DNA from: Okamejei kenojei
Taxonomy: Eukaryota
Assembly (NCBI GenBank): GCA_035221665.1
Contig: CM069161.1
Span: 4,154,001 to 4,218,000, forward strand
Reading direction: 5' to 3'
Length of the DNA stretch: 64,000 nucleotides
In this document: positions 13,912-27,225 of the stretch, piece after piece
Position numbering within the stretch: the first letter of the stretch is position 1
How the letters are laid out: each line of letters begins with the position of its first letter
Program-made: the position numbers and the translations under genes
The notes under the pieces: model-generated
Told to the model about the DNA's origin: nothing
The model's database searches: none
The model's input: only the letters and a program-made list of their open reading frames with translations

Positions 13912-14058
13912 TAAATTGCATAAGAATCTGCAGAAATGTTGTGAATCTCGTACTACAACGATGGAGAGTTTTATTGTGGGACTTGCGTATTCTTTTCAGT
14001 GATGTAATGGAATAAATTACAAGGCAGTTTATAATAAGTGCATTTGTTTTCCTTTCAG

Positions 14059-14119
14059 GCCAGAGGATGTGCATACATTAGTGAGTGGGAAGCTTGCTCT
14101 CCGATATGCTGGACGACAG
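14059..14119 (+). CDS. PSMD11: PSMD11 coding exon (exon 8 equivalent)
   Basis: cctttcag|G CCA GAG...CGA CAG|gtaata; PEDVHTLVSGKLALRYAGRQ; 61 bp. Confidence 0.97.
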
Positions 14120-14314
14120 GTAATATAATTATTATTTTGTTTCATTCAAGGCAGTGAATGGGAGGAAAGGATGGAGTCCCTGTGTAGATTCTGTGTGTTT
14201 CTCACAGATACATTAGTATCCTATCTCCATTTCCAATGAGCCGGGAAAAAATGGTTAAAATATTTGAGGATCAACTTTAATGGGTATCCATGGCTTATTA
14301 TATTTGCAGATGTA

Positions 14315-14557
14315 GAAACATAGAAATTAGGTGCAGGAGCAGGCCATTCGGCCCTTCGAGCCTGCACCGCCATTCAATAGGATCATGGCTGATCATCCAA
14401 CTCCGTATCCTGTACCTGCCTTCTCTCCATACCCCCTGATCCCTTCAGCCACAAGGGCCACATCCAACTCCCTCTTAAATATGGCCAACGAACTGGCCTC
14501 AACTACCTTCTGTGGCAGAGAATTCCACAGATTCACCACTCTCTGTGTGAAAAAATG
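14315..14557 (-). mobile_element. CR1 LINE 3' end
   Basis: Nearly identical to 22894-23130; (catagaaa) tail repeat. Confidence 0.85.
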
Positions 14558-15027
14558 AATCTGCAAGGTGGAATTCTCTACAAATATTTGCTAGGTGGCT
14601 TGTCCAACTAATTTTATGGATTTCAGCATGTTAGGGGTGGTGAATATGAAGTAAAATGATCAAATTATCCATAGGTTAGTTGCCTTTAAAATTAACAGTT
14701 TTCTGGCTATTTCCTTTTCCAGCATAAAGCATGTTTAACTATTTAGATGTAGCTGGAGACTGAGAAACAAATTACACAACTTGATTTTCAAAAGTTTGAA
14801 TGGTTTCTCAATTAACAAATAATATGCCAATGTGTAGATTGAACATTCAGGATATTGAACTGAGAAAGAGTACGTTCTTGGTCTTCAAACACAGTTTAGA
14901 TGCAGAACAAGCTTGAAATTGTTAGTATTTTGTGTAAAAATGCACATGGTTGGTCATAAAATATCATTTTTTATACCCCCATATTTTATTTATTTTGCTT
15001 TGACTCATGATTATCTTTTAATTTCAG

Positions 15028-15090
15028 ACTGATTCACTAAAATGTGTAGCTCGAGCAAGCAAGAATCGGTCTCTGGCTGATTTTGAAAAG
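15028..15090 (+). CDS. PSMD11: PSMD11 coding exon (exon 9 equivalent)
   Basis: atttcag|ACT GAT...GAA AAG|gtaagc; TDSLKCVARASKNRSLADFEK; 63 bp. Confidence 0.97.
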
Positions 15091-15154
15091 GTAAGCTGAC
15101 TTAAAGATAAATATGGGTAATAAGATATTTCACTATCTGTCAGTATTAACTGTA

Positions 15155-15610
15155 AGACATAGAAACAGAATTAACCGTTCAGCCCATCGAGTCTGCTCCA
15201 CCATTCGTTCATGGCTGAACAAATTTTCCAACTCGATCCTATTCTCCTGCCTTCTCCCTGTAAACTTTTGACACCCTTACTAATCAAGAATCTTTAAATC
15301 TCTGTTTTAAAAATACGCAATGACTTGGTCTCCACTGTCGTCTGTGGCAATGAATTCCACAGATTCACCACTCTTTGTGACTAAATAAATTCCTCCTCAT
15401 CCCCTTTTTAAAGGTACATCCTTTTATTCTGAGGCTGTGCCCTCTGGTCCTAGACATCCTCTCTGCATCTACTCTATCCTTTCATTATTTGGTAAATTTC
15501 AATGAGATCGCCCTCAACCTTCTAAACTCCAGCAAGTACAGGCACAAGGCCACCTAATGCTCCTTAGCACATCTTTCCTCAAATGTGGGGCCCAAAACTA
15601 CTCACAATAA
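15155..15610 (-). mobile_element. CR1 LINE 3' fragment
   Basis: Diverged copy of the same CR1 3' region as 22886-23440. Confidence 0.75.
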
Positions 15611-16464
15611 CACAGGACGGGATGGACTAAAATGCAGTTCCTAAAAATGGAGAGGCAGATTACAAAGTGCAGAAACTTGCAACAGACATGTTCTAATCAC
15701 TAGTTTGACCGCAGCTGAATACCATTCTATGGTAGTGACGGTTTGGACAGTGTGCAGAAGGTTTATCTACGACATGGTCTCTGAGATGATCAATAAAGGT
15801 TATTCTGTGATCATTAACATACCAATAATATGCAAGACCAGTCTCCATTTCCCCCACCCTTAAGTCATATCCCTGCACACTTTGATACTTGTCACTGCCT
15901 TTCTGAATGCTACAATTAAATTTGCCTGAACGTCTACCCCTGACAGTACATTTGTGACCATGAACACCAATGTTTTCCTTGTAAAATTCTTCTTTCATTT
16001 TTGGTTCTTTTTCCAATCACAATGTGAAATATGTCATATTTTGTTTAAAATATTACTGCTTTCATTAATCATAGTTGATTTCCAACCCACAACCACCGGA
16101 TGGTGGGGCAAAGTGTGTACTGTGGTGGAATTGGGTAAATATGTCAAATGGTTTTGCATTTAAATATGGGGAAAGAGCATGTGTGGATTCACTAGATCCA
16201 CACATGCATTGAAGCATTCGCGATGTAGAGAATATCCATCAAAACTACACAATAATTACTCTTCCCCACAGATAAGAAGCATCTGTAAAATAATAGGTTA
16301 AAAAGAAAATGTTTTGTTCTAACTTAAAGGATTTTGTCATCCATTCTTTAAATGCCATCTTGCAAAAGAAAAGTAGGAACTTCAAATTTGCTTGTGAGTT
16401 GTGAATATTAATTTTACAGTTCTTGGTGTGTACTGACTACTGTAAGTATCTTTTTGATTTGCAG

Positions 16465-16590
16465 GCTTTAACAGATTTCCAAGCAGAACTGCGGGATGAT
16501 CCAATTATAACCACGCATTTGGCAAAACTATATGATAACTTACTGGAGCAGAATCTTATCAGAGTGATTGAGCCTTTCTCCAGAGTTCAG
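16465..16590 (+). CDS. PSMD11: PSMD11 coding exon (exon 10 equivalent)
   Basis: ttgcag|GCT TTA...GTT CAG|gtagag; [42 protein letters not shown] (PCI domain); 126 bp. Confidence 0.98.
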
Positions 16591-19066
16591 GTAGAGGTGC
16601 AAGAAGTGTGAATGATATACAGATTCCATAGTATTGTATGCATATCAGGTTTAGAATCTCTCCTGAAATCAATTTTAATTAGCTTTTGAGGCACTGCAAC
16701 ATTGACTCGTCAGTATTGCACATGTTGATATTGTTCATTTTGCAGTAGACTGATATTGAAAACTTAAAAATATAGGGTTTGGTTTGTAACAAGGAGCAGA
16801 GAAAGTAGCGAGGGGCTGTGTCAGCTTTTGCATTAAGATAGTTATATTTTCTCAACTTCAAAGGCACTTCATTATAAATGGGTAAAATGGGATTATAATA
16901 GTACACGGTTGCCATGGACGTGGTGGGCCGAAGGGCCGGTTTCTATGATGTAAGACTAACTATTAACAGTGTATGTAGTGTTTAGGTAAATATCTAAGGT
17001 GGTATTTTGTTTAGATCTCCTACTGTCAGTCTTCTCTACCAATTAAAGTTTTGCTACCACTTGCTAAACCTTACCATTATAAAGACATTTTGCTTTTTGT
17101 TTTCCATCAGTCTGTTGGGCATCAGCTAATTTGCAAAATAATTTGATTGCATCATACCCAAGAACAAACGTGTTGTGAGGCAGTTATTTCTATAGTAAAT
17201 CTTGTAAATCTAGGCTTTTACAATGTCTTAAAATATGAAACTTAAATTGGTACGAGAGGAAGTATTCCACTTATTCCATAGATTTCAGCAATCTTCTCTT
17301 TGGCAGCAGAGATTTTGTTCTTCACAAACTAAATGCTAAATTTTCTGCTTGTGCCAGCATCACATCTACTATATAGTCACAAGTACCATTTTTGTGTGCC
17401 AGTTCGGTTTTGCCTGCCCGGGTCTTGTATTGAGTTAGTTGCTCAAAGCACTGTTTACATCTCTGATCTCCAGTGCATGGGGCTGGATCATCTAATTTAC
17501 TCCCACTCCCATGGTCTCTGGCCGCCCTCTTAGCCTTTCCCAGCATATGCACTCTGCCCAATTAATTCCAGACTTTATGCCTCCCTATTTCCACAACAGA
17601 TTTCACAAGCCAAACCAATCATGCCTTGCTTGGCTTGGACCAATAAACTGCAGTGTACCAAGGGATCTAACAAATTGTTCATTAATTACTCAGATTTAAA
17701 AACTCCACATACACAATTTGGAATCATGTTGGTCTTTTTGGAAATTTACGGGATATTTTGGAAGATTAAGTTTTCCCACCATCCTGGGAACAATAAATGT
17801 CCAGTGACTGATGTAAGTTTTCGCAGTCGGTAATTTTGCCTGTCTGCCTGCAACTCGACTGCAATTTTTTGAAATTCTTTCAGCAATTTGTGGTAGTGAC
17901 TTGAATAAGAGCATAAATAGTAGAAATAGGAGACAGCCTGCTTTGTCATTCATTTAAATAATGGGTAATCTTTTACCTTGACATTATTTTCTTGGACAAC
18001 CTCTTGTTTGCTTAATATCTTACTAAAAGCTGTTGATCTTTGTCTTAAGTATAGTCTTAAGCTGAGCGTCCATAGCCCTCATCGAATGAGAATTTCAAAG
18101 TTAATCACCTTCTTAATGAAGAAATTTCTTCTAATGTTTGTCCTGAATATACAACCTTTATCTTTAGACTATAACTCCCTAGCTCTTGACATCCCATTGA
18201 ATGAAATGTCAAATGCAGTCCTGGAGTAGCTCAGTGGGTCTGCCATCATCTCTGGAAAACATGGATAGGTGACATTTCAGGTTAGGACCTTCAATTCTTC
18301 AGGTCATAAATATTTTGTACACTAGTGAGATAACCTCTACCTTAATATCTTAATACCATTCCATTCCAAAAATTAGTCTGGTGAACTCTTGCTGTACCTA
18401 ATAGTTTTTTTTTTTGTTCTCGGGTAGGGAGACTTGATATGTATGTAGTATGTCAGATTGTGGTCTCTGAAGTACCATATATAATTTGAGCAAGATATTG
18501 CTATTCTATTGAAATATATATTCAGTAAAGGCCAACCTGCCCCCTCCCCCCAGCAATGTTTATGCTTTTTAAATGCAAAATCGAACATTCTACTACTTCT
18601 GCATGAATAAATTTATGTAAAATAAAAATCCATTTGGTGGTTGACTTCTGAAGTGTTCCACCCATGAAACATCATCAGCATTTACTAATAACAGCAACTT
18701 CTTATTGACCAGACAGCTTAGAGAGGAAATATTTTGGTATGCCCAAATTGTGACGAGACCGATGAACCCACCTTGTCATCATAAAAAATTAGCAAAAGGA
18801 TTTCCTAACGTGTTTAAATTCACATATGAAGTGTTACTCAAGAATAAATGTTTTTTAGCAATTAAAATAATTGAATCGTCTTTGATTATATCTGCTGACT
18901 ATTAAAATTGTACCGCAATGTCATCAATGTTCAGTGAAAAGATACACCTGATTATACTATGCAGATAAAATTGTGCTAAATAGTGAAATGGCTACGAAAT
19001 GGGGGTTTTTCTTCGCCCTGTCTTTCGAATGACAACCTAAGAAAATGTTAATGCTTTATCTTACAG

Positions 19067-19102
19067 ATAGAGCACATAGCAAGCATTATAAAATTATCCA
19101 AG
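19067..19102 (+). CDS. PSMD11: PSMD11 coding exon (exon 11 equivalent)
   Basis: ttacag|ATA GAG...TCC AAG|gtaagt; IEHIASIIKLSK; 36 bp. Confidence 0.95.
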
Positions 19103-19551
19103 GTAAGTGATAACCAACACTTAAACATTGCAGAGAAAGCTATGCATGTTGTTGTTCATCTGACACTAATTTTTTAAAATGCAATTTTTCTTTACTTGGG
19201 ATTATTCTTTGCAAGAATAAGCACTCTAGTTCCAATCCAGGTCAGCATACATAATCCTGGTAAAATTTTTAGTCGACTGGGTGATGTCTGTCTCCAGGGA
19301 CAAATACTGTGGGGAATGAGAGCAAATTTAGTAGACCGGCCATCAGGAACATGGCAAAGAGAGAGGGAAGAGCAATGGCTTAAGTTGCATTTATTTTGAC
19401 GCAAGAGGCTAACAGGAAAGGCATGTGAGCTCAAGAAGTGGACTGGCTCCGGGGACTCAGCGAGGCGAGCCGGAATGGTTTTAAAAGTGCAATAGCTAGG
19501 GGCAGTGTAGTCCTGCTGGAGTGAAGGACAAGGCTGGCAATTGTAGAGGAC

Positions 19552-19695
19552 TATAATTGATGAGATATTCAGGCTCTGGTCAGGAAAAAGGAGACATAAA
19601 TTCTGGAAGATAAATTGAAATGATACTTAAACATCAATTTATCTTCCAGAATATAATTGATGAGATATTCAGGCTCTGGTCAGGAAAAAGGAGAC
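19552..19695. repeat. 44-bp direct repeat pair enclosing a 19-bp perfect inverted repeat
   Basis: 19552-19595 = 19652-19695; attctggaagataaattga (19600-19618) is the reverse complement of 19634-19652. Confidence 0.9.
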
Positions 19696-19859
19696 TTGCA
19701 TCAGGATCAAGTAAATCCCTCATAAGCATTGTAGCACTATACTTAAGAAAAATCAGATGGTCAACAAAGGGCATGAGGTGGATCTGGCAGGCAAGGTAAA
19801 AGTAAATCCCAAGAGTTTCTGTAGATATGTTAAGAGTAAATGTGTGGCTAAGGACAAAC

Positions 19860-20295
19860 ACCTTCAGTTATGGGGAGACAGTGGGCAAGTCAGAACGTTA
19901 TTCCTTGCAGCATTGAAAATATGAGGGTTGATATTATAGAGGGGAATAAATCACGAGGGATACAGATGAGGTGAATACATTGTCTTTTTCGCAGAGGAAG
20001 GATAGTCTCAAACTAGAGGACATGGGTTTATGGTGAGAGGGGAAAGATTTAAAAGGGACCTCGGAGGCAACTTCCTGACACAATGGATGGTGCGTATCTG
20101 GAATGAGATGCCAGAGAAGTTGGTTAAGGCAGGTATAATAACATTTAGTAGACATTTGGACAGGTGTGTGGATAGGCAAGGTTTATGGGATATGGGTCAA
20201 GCCTGGGCAAATGGAACTTGTTTGAATGTGCAACTTGGTAAACACAAACAAATTGGCCCAAAGGGCTTGTTTGTGTGTTGTATCACTCTGACTAA
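19860..20295 (+). mobile_element. CR1 LINE 3' fragment
   Basis: ORF 20030-20320 begins VRGERFKRDLGGNFLTQWMVRIWNEMPE, the CR1 ORF2 C-terminus. Confidence 0.8.
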
Positions 20296-21501
20296 TTTCA
20301 ACTATAAACAAATTATTTGAACCTGTAATAAAACCATTAAATAAAGATAATTATTCGCAGTATCTTAGGATCTCTATTTTAATCTGTTGTAAATGTTTTC
20401 TGAAGGATACAATAAAACAAGTAAGTTTCAGCATTAACTGACATCCTTTATCCTGTGAGCACAACTTTCAAAAATAAAACTGTTATCTCTTGTTCTAGAA
20501 CTGAAGGTCTTGTTATTACTGCTGGAAAAAAAAAAATTTTGGCAAGATTGACCCATGTATTTTTTATAATGTGGCAGCTTAATTCATAATTGCTTTTCAC
20601 TTTATTTTTAAACAAATTAAATGACATATGCCTTTGTCTTACTGTCCTTGCTGCTATACTCTTTCGAAAGAGATAAAGGTGCCCTGCGTCAGAAATCAAT
20701 GGGAAAACACTTCAATAACAAATTAACGATTAATTTCCTTGCAACTCAAGAGAGTGTGTATAACCTGTATACCGTTTGTGTCATTTGTAACTGGTGGTCC
20801 AGTTATTGCCTTGGAGTTTAAATCACAAGTTTGATAGAGCCACTTGCAGATCTGTTTTCCATTTTTGCCTCAATATATTAGGAGCTGGATGTTTATTTTA
20901 GGAAAGAGTGTTAGCAGTACAAGCATTATGGACCTGTTCCTGTGCTGTACTTACCTGTTAGATTTATGCTAGTTCATAAAATGAATCAGAATTAACAGGT
21001 TTTTGATAATATAGTTGAGACCTCGGGTTTAATAATGGAGAAATCTTTTGAATAATTTAAAGGCTATTTATCCTCCAGTTGATGGTCAAAAGTGACTTCT
21101 GTCCCATTTGCAAAACTTGACCGGCCATGAAGTTAACAAAAGTATTATCGTCAAGCTACTGATCTTCCCAATCTGTCATTGACAGATTTATTGACTGAAT
21201 TTAAAATTCCATGAGCTTCAGTTAAACCAAGAAGGAAAGAAAAACGAGCTGTGAATCCTTAAGTTTGTGTACTGGGGGGGGGATGAAAACACCTGTGCTG
21301 GCTCAATCGCTGAGTATATTCAAACGCAGATTGAAAAACTTGTGAAGCTAGAAGAAAGTGGAATCATGAAAGATTAATTATGGAATGCAGAGCAGAATTG
21401 TGGGGTTTATTTTAACCTATGAAAATGTTGCTAAAGTATCATGGTTGTCGCTGGATGAGTTTAATATAGAACTAGATTATAACACCATACTGTTATTTTA
21501 G

Positions 21502-21553
21502 GGTGACGTGGAAAGAAAACTCTCCCAAATGATCTTGGATAAGAAGTTTCATG
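21502..21553 (+). CDS. PSMD11: PSMD11 coding exon (exon 12 equivalent)
   Basis: ttttag|GGT GAC...CAT G|gtaagt; GDVERKLSQMILDKKFH(G); 52 bp. Confidence 0.97.
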
Positions 21554-21884
21554 GTAAGTGTAGAGCTGTGTCAGTGCTAAGCAAATGAGAAGTTAAATCA
21601 TAGTTTATAACAGTTCTATGTGTCTTCTTTAGAAAAATCATCGTTGTCTCTGCACATCATATTGAATCAATCAGTAACCAAACATATTTTCCATAGAATT
21701 GATACAACTTGGTCTAACCACAATAGCCATTTAAAATTGGATATCTTGATGAAGCAGTATATTTCCTTGTGGGTAAAGGTCATGGTCAAACATTTTTTTT
21801 GTGATTTTATTTGATGCTTGGATGTAGGAAAAAAACTGCATTTAGGCAGTAGAATTAAAATATGATCAATTAAAATATATTTAA

Positions 21885-22076
<192 letters not shown>

Positions 22077-22757
22077 GTAGGTGTAATGAAAGGAACAGAG
22101 TACCTAAACAAAATATTTTGTGGACAGTTGATATAACTACATTCATGCGACAATATCCGTAGCCTTTGATACTCAAGACAATACGTTAGTATGGACACCA
22201 ATTATAAATTTGTGTACTTGCATTTATTTTGGAAATTATTTGCAAACTTGTCTCTATGTAAATGTGCATTTGACTTAACAATAACTGCAGTGCCGGAGGT
22301 TGATGTCTCAACCTCTAAGATCTGTGTCACAGGAAATTTAATCAAAGGTCTTTACTTCTCAAATTGATGCACATTTGGTGTTTCTTTGATTTATATTTCA
22401 TGGAGACAGAACTCACATCTTTAAAATAAAGAACATTTATGTCTGTTTGCCTTAATCAAATTAAAGCCTATGTTCTTGCCTTTTGTCAATTTAAAGCTTG
22501 CTCTTTTGCATTGTTGCGATTACGTTTAATTATCATTTCATGACTACTTGTTTTGGATGATCAATAGATTTCTTGCTTCTCAAAAAAGTGCTGAGCTGCA
22601 ATTCATGGAGTGGTATTTGCTCCTTTATCCCTCATTCAATTGTCTATGTCCGGCAAGGGAGTCTTCTGAGAAGTAATTGATGAGCATCAAGATCCATTAA
22701 TTATGGATCCTTGTGTAGCTTTCAAGAATTATTTAACATTTTTAAGACACAGTGCAG

Positions 22758-22805
22758 TTGGCCCTTTACTGGCAAACTTATTTGGCCCTTTACTGGCAAA
22801 ATTAT
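22758..22805. repeat. 24-bp tandem duplication
   Basis: ttggccctttactggcaaa(c/a)ttat twice. Confidence 0.9.
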
Positions 22806-22885
22806 TCATATTAGTACTGAATGAAATGAACATTGCAAAGATCACTTTTCTATTTGAATTGCTAGTTTTTTTAAATGAAGTTTTA

Positions 22886-23440
22886 GAAACATAGAAACAT
22901 AGAAAATACGTGCAGGAGTAGGCCTTTCGGCCCTTCGAGCCTGCACCGCCATTCAATATGATCATGGCTGATCATCCAACTCTGTATCCCTTACCTGCCT
23001 TCTCTCCATACCCCCTGATCCCTTTAGCCACAAGGGCCACATCTAACTCCCTCTTAAACATAGCCAATGAACTGGCCTCAACTACCTTCTGTGGCAGAGA
23101 ATTCCACAGATTTACCACTCTGTGTGAAAAATGTTTTTCTCATCTCAGTCCTGAAAGATTTCTCCCTTATCCTTAAACTGTGACCCCTTGTCCTGGACTT
23201 CCCCAACATCGGGAACAATCTTCCTGCATCTAGCCTGTCCAACCCCTTAAGAATGTTGTAAGTTTCTATAAGATCCCCCCTCAATCTTCTAAATTCTAGC
23301 GCGTACAAGCCGAGTCTATCCAGTCTTTCTTCATATGAAAGTCCTGACATCCCTGGAATCAGTCTGGTGAACCTTCTCTGTACTCCCTCTATGGCAAGAA
23401 TGTATTTCCTCATATTTGGAGACCAAAACTGTATGCAATA
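22886..23440 (-). mobile_element. Young CR1 (HER1-like) LINE 3' fragment
   Basis: Minus ORF with QFWSP..RK.ILAIEGVQRRFTRLIPGMSGLSYEERLDRLGLY; (catagaaa)n tail at about 22886-22906. Confidence 0.92.
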
Positions 23441-26400
23441 CGGTTTTGCACCTAGTGAATGCAAAATTCTTAATTCTGGATTCATTAGGAATTGTAAAAA
23501 CACTCCATTGTGATTTATTTTATTTTTTGATGTTGTGGGCCCCTTTGGATCACTTGGCCAGTTCAGAGTCTGAAATATTTTCAAACAAAATGTTCCCATG
23601 GCTGATTTATAGGAACACTTTTTAAACCATACTTTCATGGTGGCTTACTTTGTTTGTAAGGGAGACCATTGTTCATGCACAGCTCATTAAAGTAAATGAA
23701 TTTTATTGCTTTATATGATTGCTGACCTTTTTCCAAAATATCCCCCTTTAGTGAAGATTGAAGAAATCGGTGATTAAAATCATTCACAATCCATGTATAT
23801 TTTTCTATTCTGACTGAAATAGAACCTAATTTACTTGTTATGTAGGGATGATTTTTTTTCCTGCCACTTTATGTTCAATAGAATATTTTTGTCAACTGTT
23901 GTAATGTTTTTGGTTAGTGTAGACCAGTCATTTTTTCCACAGATCAAACAAAATCCCAAAATGGAAATTAAAAAGCTGCAGAGGTTCTGAAGGAACCTGG
24001 AATGAAACGTCAAATTTCTCTTTTTGCAGATTCTGCCTGGTCTTTTGAGTGTTCCGGCATTTTCTGTTTGTATTCTGAAGATGGAAACATGATATGACCA
24101 TTTTCCACCAACTTAAATTTTCATGGCCATGAAAAAGATTTATGTAAATAATTGTTACTTGGTAGTGCAGAATACATTTTTCCTGTTTGAAGTAACCAAC
24201 CTCCATGCATTAAAACCCAATTATACTTGTTTTTGTTCCCCTCTGTTTCTCAACTGATCTCTTTGATGATAATATCGAGAAAATTGACCATTATTTGTAG
24301 ATTTATGAATTAACATCAAAACTTCTTTTGTGAAATTATTCCATCCTAAAAATGTGCCCTTGCCAGAGTTAAAGCATGAAAAGGGGCACTTTGACCTACC
24401 AAATCCACACTGGCCATCAACTGTCCACTTAAACTAATCATACATTAATCCCATTTAAAAAAAATACTTCCCACATTTTCATCAAATCCCCCAGATTCTA
24501 CACCTCGCTATACATTGGGACAATTTACAGTGGTCAATTGACCAGCGAACTGCAAGTCTTTAGGATGTGGGGGAAACCCATGCATTCACAGAGAGATCAT
24601 GCAAATGCCACACAACAGCTCTGCTAGCTGCACCATTCTGCCATCCAATCACTTGATCTTAGTTGATTGCTACTCTTTGGTTGAAAGCTTCTGGAAAAAT
24701 GCTTGCCAGAATTCTGCCAATCGTTATGTTTTATTGCCCAGAAACTAATTACTCTTGTAATGTTATATAGGGGGAAAACCTAATTTGCAGTATTCACTCT
24801 CACCGTTGCATGTAGCAGAAGATTGGAACTAATACAGTTATCAGTTTTTAATTTAAAGTTCTGTGGCCTAACTTATTTTTGAGCTCGGATTGTGTTTTGA
24901 ACCAATGGTTTGCATAAACTGATATGATGGAATACCTTTTCAAGCATTCCAATGATAATTTTAACTGCATTGCAGTAGGTAAATTATCATAGAATTATAG
25001 TAGTAAATTGAAAATATTAATTTTATGTTAGTACTAAGTAAGTGGATATTGTGGGGGGTTTCTGACTTTGAAGACACGTTACGGATTTAGATTAAAATTG
25101 GAGAAGTTTTCAACTAAAACTAACTGAACTTTGGGTGTGGGTTGTTGGATGACTCTGTCACTCTTTGAAAATTGTCCACTGCAACATTTGTAGTAGGGGT
25201 TGGCTGACAAAGAAATAGTTTTTACTTTAAAAAAATTACTCAGTAGCAAGATTGGATAGTCTTTACGTAGGCAGCTGTAAAAGATATTGTGGACCACTAT
25301 CAACATTATTATTATTTTTGTGATAAAGCCCATTGATTCTCATCCATAGTTTTAAACCTTGGAAATAAATGTAATTATCCTGTCAAGTTTCTACTGTGAC
25401 ATTTTCATTCATAACTATCGGTAAGTGAAAGAATACTGCACAACCTTGGTTTTCACAGCAGAGAAAGACCGATGTCCAAACTAGCCAATAAGTCTTTCTG
25501 CTAATCCTGCTTCCTGGCTTTGTCAGCAGTCTTGTAGTTTCTGGCTCTTCGGTTGTCTATCCATTACTTTTTAATTGTGTCTCCATCATCCAGCCAGCAG
25601 GGTTTAACCATTCTGAGTGAAAATAAGTTCATAGGTTTTAGGAGCACGATAAGGCCATTCGGCCCATCAAGTCCACCTCTATCCAATCATGGATCTAATC
25701 TTTCATTCTCAACCCCATTCTCCTACCTTTGCCCCATAATCCCTGACACCCTTACTAATCAAAAGTATGGTAATCTCTGCCATAAAAATATCCATTGACT
25801 TGGCCTCCACTGCCACATGTAGAAAATAAACTTCCTCGTTTCGCCTTTAATACTTTCTATAAACCTAAATCTATATACACTATTTAATGGCTTCCTTCCT
25901 GTTCACTCTGTCTAGCATTCCAATTTTATGCACAATTACATTTGCCAAGATCCAGGGGCCTGCTTGTTTTATTTCAAACTGAATTTGAGCATGTACACAG
26001 ACCACCGTCAAATCTTAAGCGGAATTTTTGAGCAGGGAGTCTTGAGTTAGTGTCTTGTATGTGCACACATGCATAATACACCTTCAAGATTCCCTGCTCA
26101 CAAATTATTCTAAATCAATCCACGCATTTATATTTTAGACTCTGTCACTTACCTGCTGTACTGGACATTCAGTTTCGTATAACATTTAAAAAAAATTCTG
26201 GTCAACGGTTGAATTTGACGGTTACTTGGTTTGCATAGTTTTACATAGATACGTAGTATTATTTAAATTAGGCATTCATAGTACCAATTTTCAATTACAA
26301 AAAATATTTTTTTCCTGTCAAAATCTGTAAGACATGCTAAAATGGTTAAAAGGACACAGTGCTGGAGTATCTCAGCAGGTCAGGCAGCATCCATGGAGAA

Positions 26401-26719
26401 AATGGATAGTTGACGTTTCAGGCCAAGATTCTTCAGACGCCATAATGTAAAGCCATGGTATAGAGTTGTTCCATCTTGTGTTTTCACCCCCCACCTCTAT
26501 TCTGACACAACAATCAGTCTTAGGAGGCTTTGCCTTTACACCCCTCTACCTCAACAAGTTCTGGGTCCACCACGATGTAGAGCTCTTCTTCAGTATTTTG
26601 TAGAAGATTGCATAGATTTTTTAAATCTATGCAAACTTATAAACATTTGCTTTCATTGTCAGACTAGCTATTCTTCAGTTTTAGCAAAATATGTTCAGAT
26701 ATTTGTTTTCCTTCAACAG

Positions 26720-27225
26720 AGAACGACTTTGATCCGGAGAGTTGGAGTGTGTGACAGAAGAGAGTGGAGCTTGGAGAAATGCTAGGATTTTTTCAGAGTG
26801 TCCTACTTTCAATCTGAAAGTTTTTAAATCCCTTGTCAAACTCATTCTGTTCAGAACAAGTTTGTTCCAGTTTGATGTAGCCTTTGCCCAGCAGATTGTC
26901 AGGGGGTGGCATGACATTTTTTAAAAATCCTTTTGTCAAATTTTGTCCTACTCGTCATTCTCTTGAGGGTTCAACGAAACCCTTGCTTTGTTAGACCCGG
27001 AGGTTTTTGGTTGACCATTGACCCACACTGTCTCTATGGACCTGGCTGACATCACACTGCTTTTGACCTGACTTGTTTTCCAACAGTTTCCTAAACATGC
27101 CGTCACTGTTTTGGTTCTTGCCATCAATATCAAATGTACAAAAGGTTCTCGCTAACCAACAATTATCAGGTATATCTGATGTTCAGATGAGTTCATAAAT
27201 AAAGAAGAAAACTTTTTTTTCAAAG
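26720..27225 (+). other. PSMD11: PSMD11 non-coding terminal exon (3' UTR) to the proximal poly(A) site
   Basis: Acceptor tttgttttccttcaacag| ending 26719; blocks gagtgtgtg, aaatgctagga, ctacttt, gaaagtttttaaatcc resemble the human PSMD11 3' UTR as recalled; AATAAA 27198-27203 followed by T/GT-rich sequence. Confidence 0.75.
27198..27203 (+). terminator. PSMD11 proximal polyadenylation signal
   Basis: AATAAA with downstream tttttttt and gtgtgtgtgctttttt elements. Confidence 0.65.
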
